Of a stretch of DNA of 25,052 nt, positions 24,872 through 25,052 are shown piece by piece. A program made the translations under genes and the position numbers. The stretch is from the IMG/VR virus record IMGVR_UViG_3300049982_000222, positions 1 through 25,052 of that record. One strand, 5' to 3'. Origin of the DNA: a virus (lineage: Duplodnaviria; Caudoviricetes). The number at the start of each line of letters is the position of its first letter. The first letter of the stretch is position 1. The notes under the pieces are model-generated. The model searched no databases. It had not been told where the DNA came from and was given only the letters and a program-made list of their open reading frames with translations.

Positions 24872-25052
24872 GCGACCGCCTCCCCGCCGAGGACGACGGT
24901 CTCGCGGTGGAGGCGGGCGCGGCGGCCGGAGGGCGGCGGCTTGGGAACGTCCTGCTTGCGCCGGCGCGTCCCTCCGTGGCCACTTCGGTTGCGCGTCCCC
25001 TCGGCGGCTTGGAAGCGGCCGACGAGGAAGCGGTTGGCGGTGGGCGAGTTCA
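24868..25052 (-). CDS. 3' end of a hypothetical protein (partial; not in ORF track)
   Basis: Open frame ...NSPTANRFLVGRFQAAEG...VVLGGEAVA* ending in a TTGA overlap with the next gene. Confidence 0.6.
   Translation of the reverse strand, partial: NSPTANRFLVGRFQAAEGTRNRSGHGGTRRRKQDVPKPPPSGRRARLHRETVVLGGEAVA

Larger units (their letters stand above)
1..25052. mobile_element. Temperate-type siphovirus-like phage/prophage genome segment (late operon, lysis, immunity region, start of early operon); extends beyond both window ends
   Basis: Syntenic terminase-portal-scaffold-capsid-neck-tail-TMP-lysis genes on the minus strand, XRE repressor divergent from ERF/exonuclease genes, no host housekeeping genes. 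Confidence 0.97.

Noticed and set aside
23979-24983. 334-aa ORF in the track
   Set aside because: Only its last 60 codons (from ATG 24161) look coding; the rest overlaps the HTH gene in another frame

Overview
The whole window is a continuous ~25 kb piece of a high-GC tailed-phage (siphovirus-like) genome. The host is probably an actinobacterium; this is inferred from GC3-rich codons, TANNNT-type promoters and the gene set. Reading the minus strand from the right end: an HTH putative late regulator, a long regulatory/leader region, a hyper-basic 150-aa protein, TerS, TerL, portal, scaffold, P22-like major capsid, decoration protein, an acidic protein with two E3-binding (PSBD)-like domains plus a SAP/HeH-like tail, head-tail connector, MuF-like minor capsid protein, an HExxH peptidase, neck and tail-completion genes, a second PSBD protein, tail tube, frameshifted G/GT chaperone, tape measure, Dit, an antisense metzincin moron, Gp37-like tail protein, collagen-repeat fibre and a lysis module (CHAP endolysin, small membrane proteins, secreted RlpA-like protein). 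After the late terminator come two small HTH genes, a divergent cI-like repressor and the start of the early operon (ERF recombinase, exonuclease). There is no integrase at the usual lysis/repressor junction. The most unusual points are the PSBD-like domains in morphogenesis genes, the protamine-like first late gene, a shared TAGGCA-N6-GTAS motif in the early and late control regions, a likely ATC start codon and several structured RNA leaders. All product calls come from motif recognition and synteny; no database searches were run.
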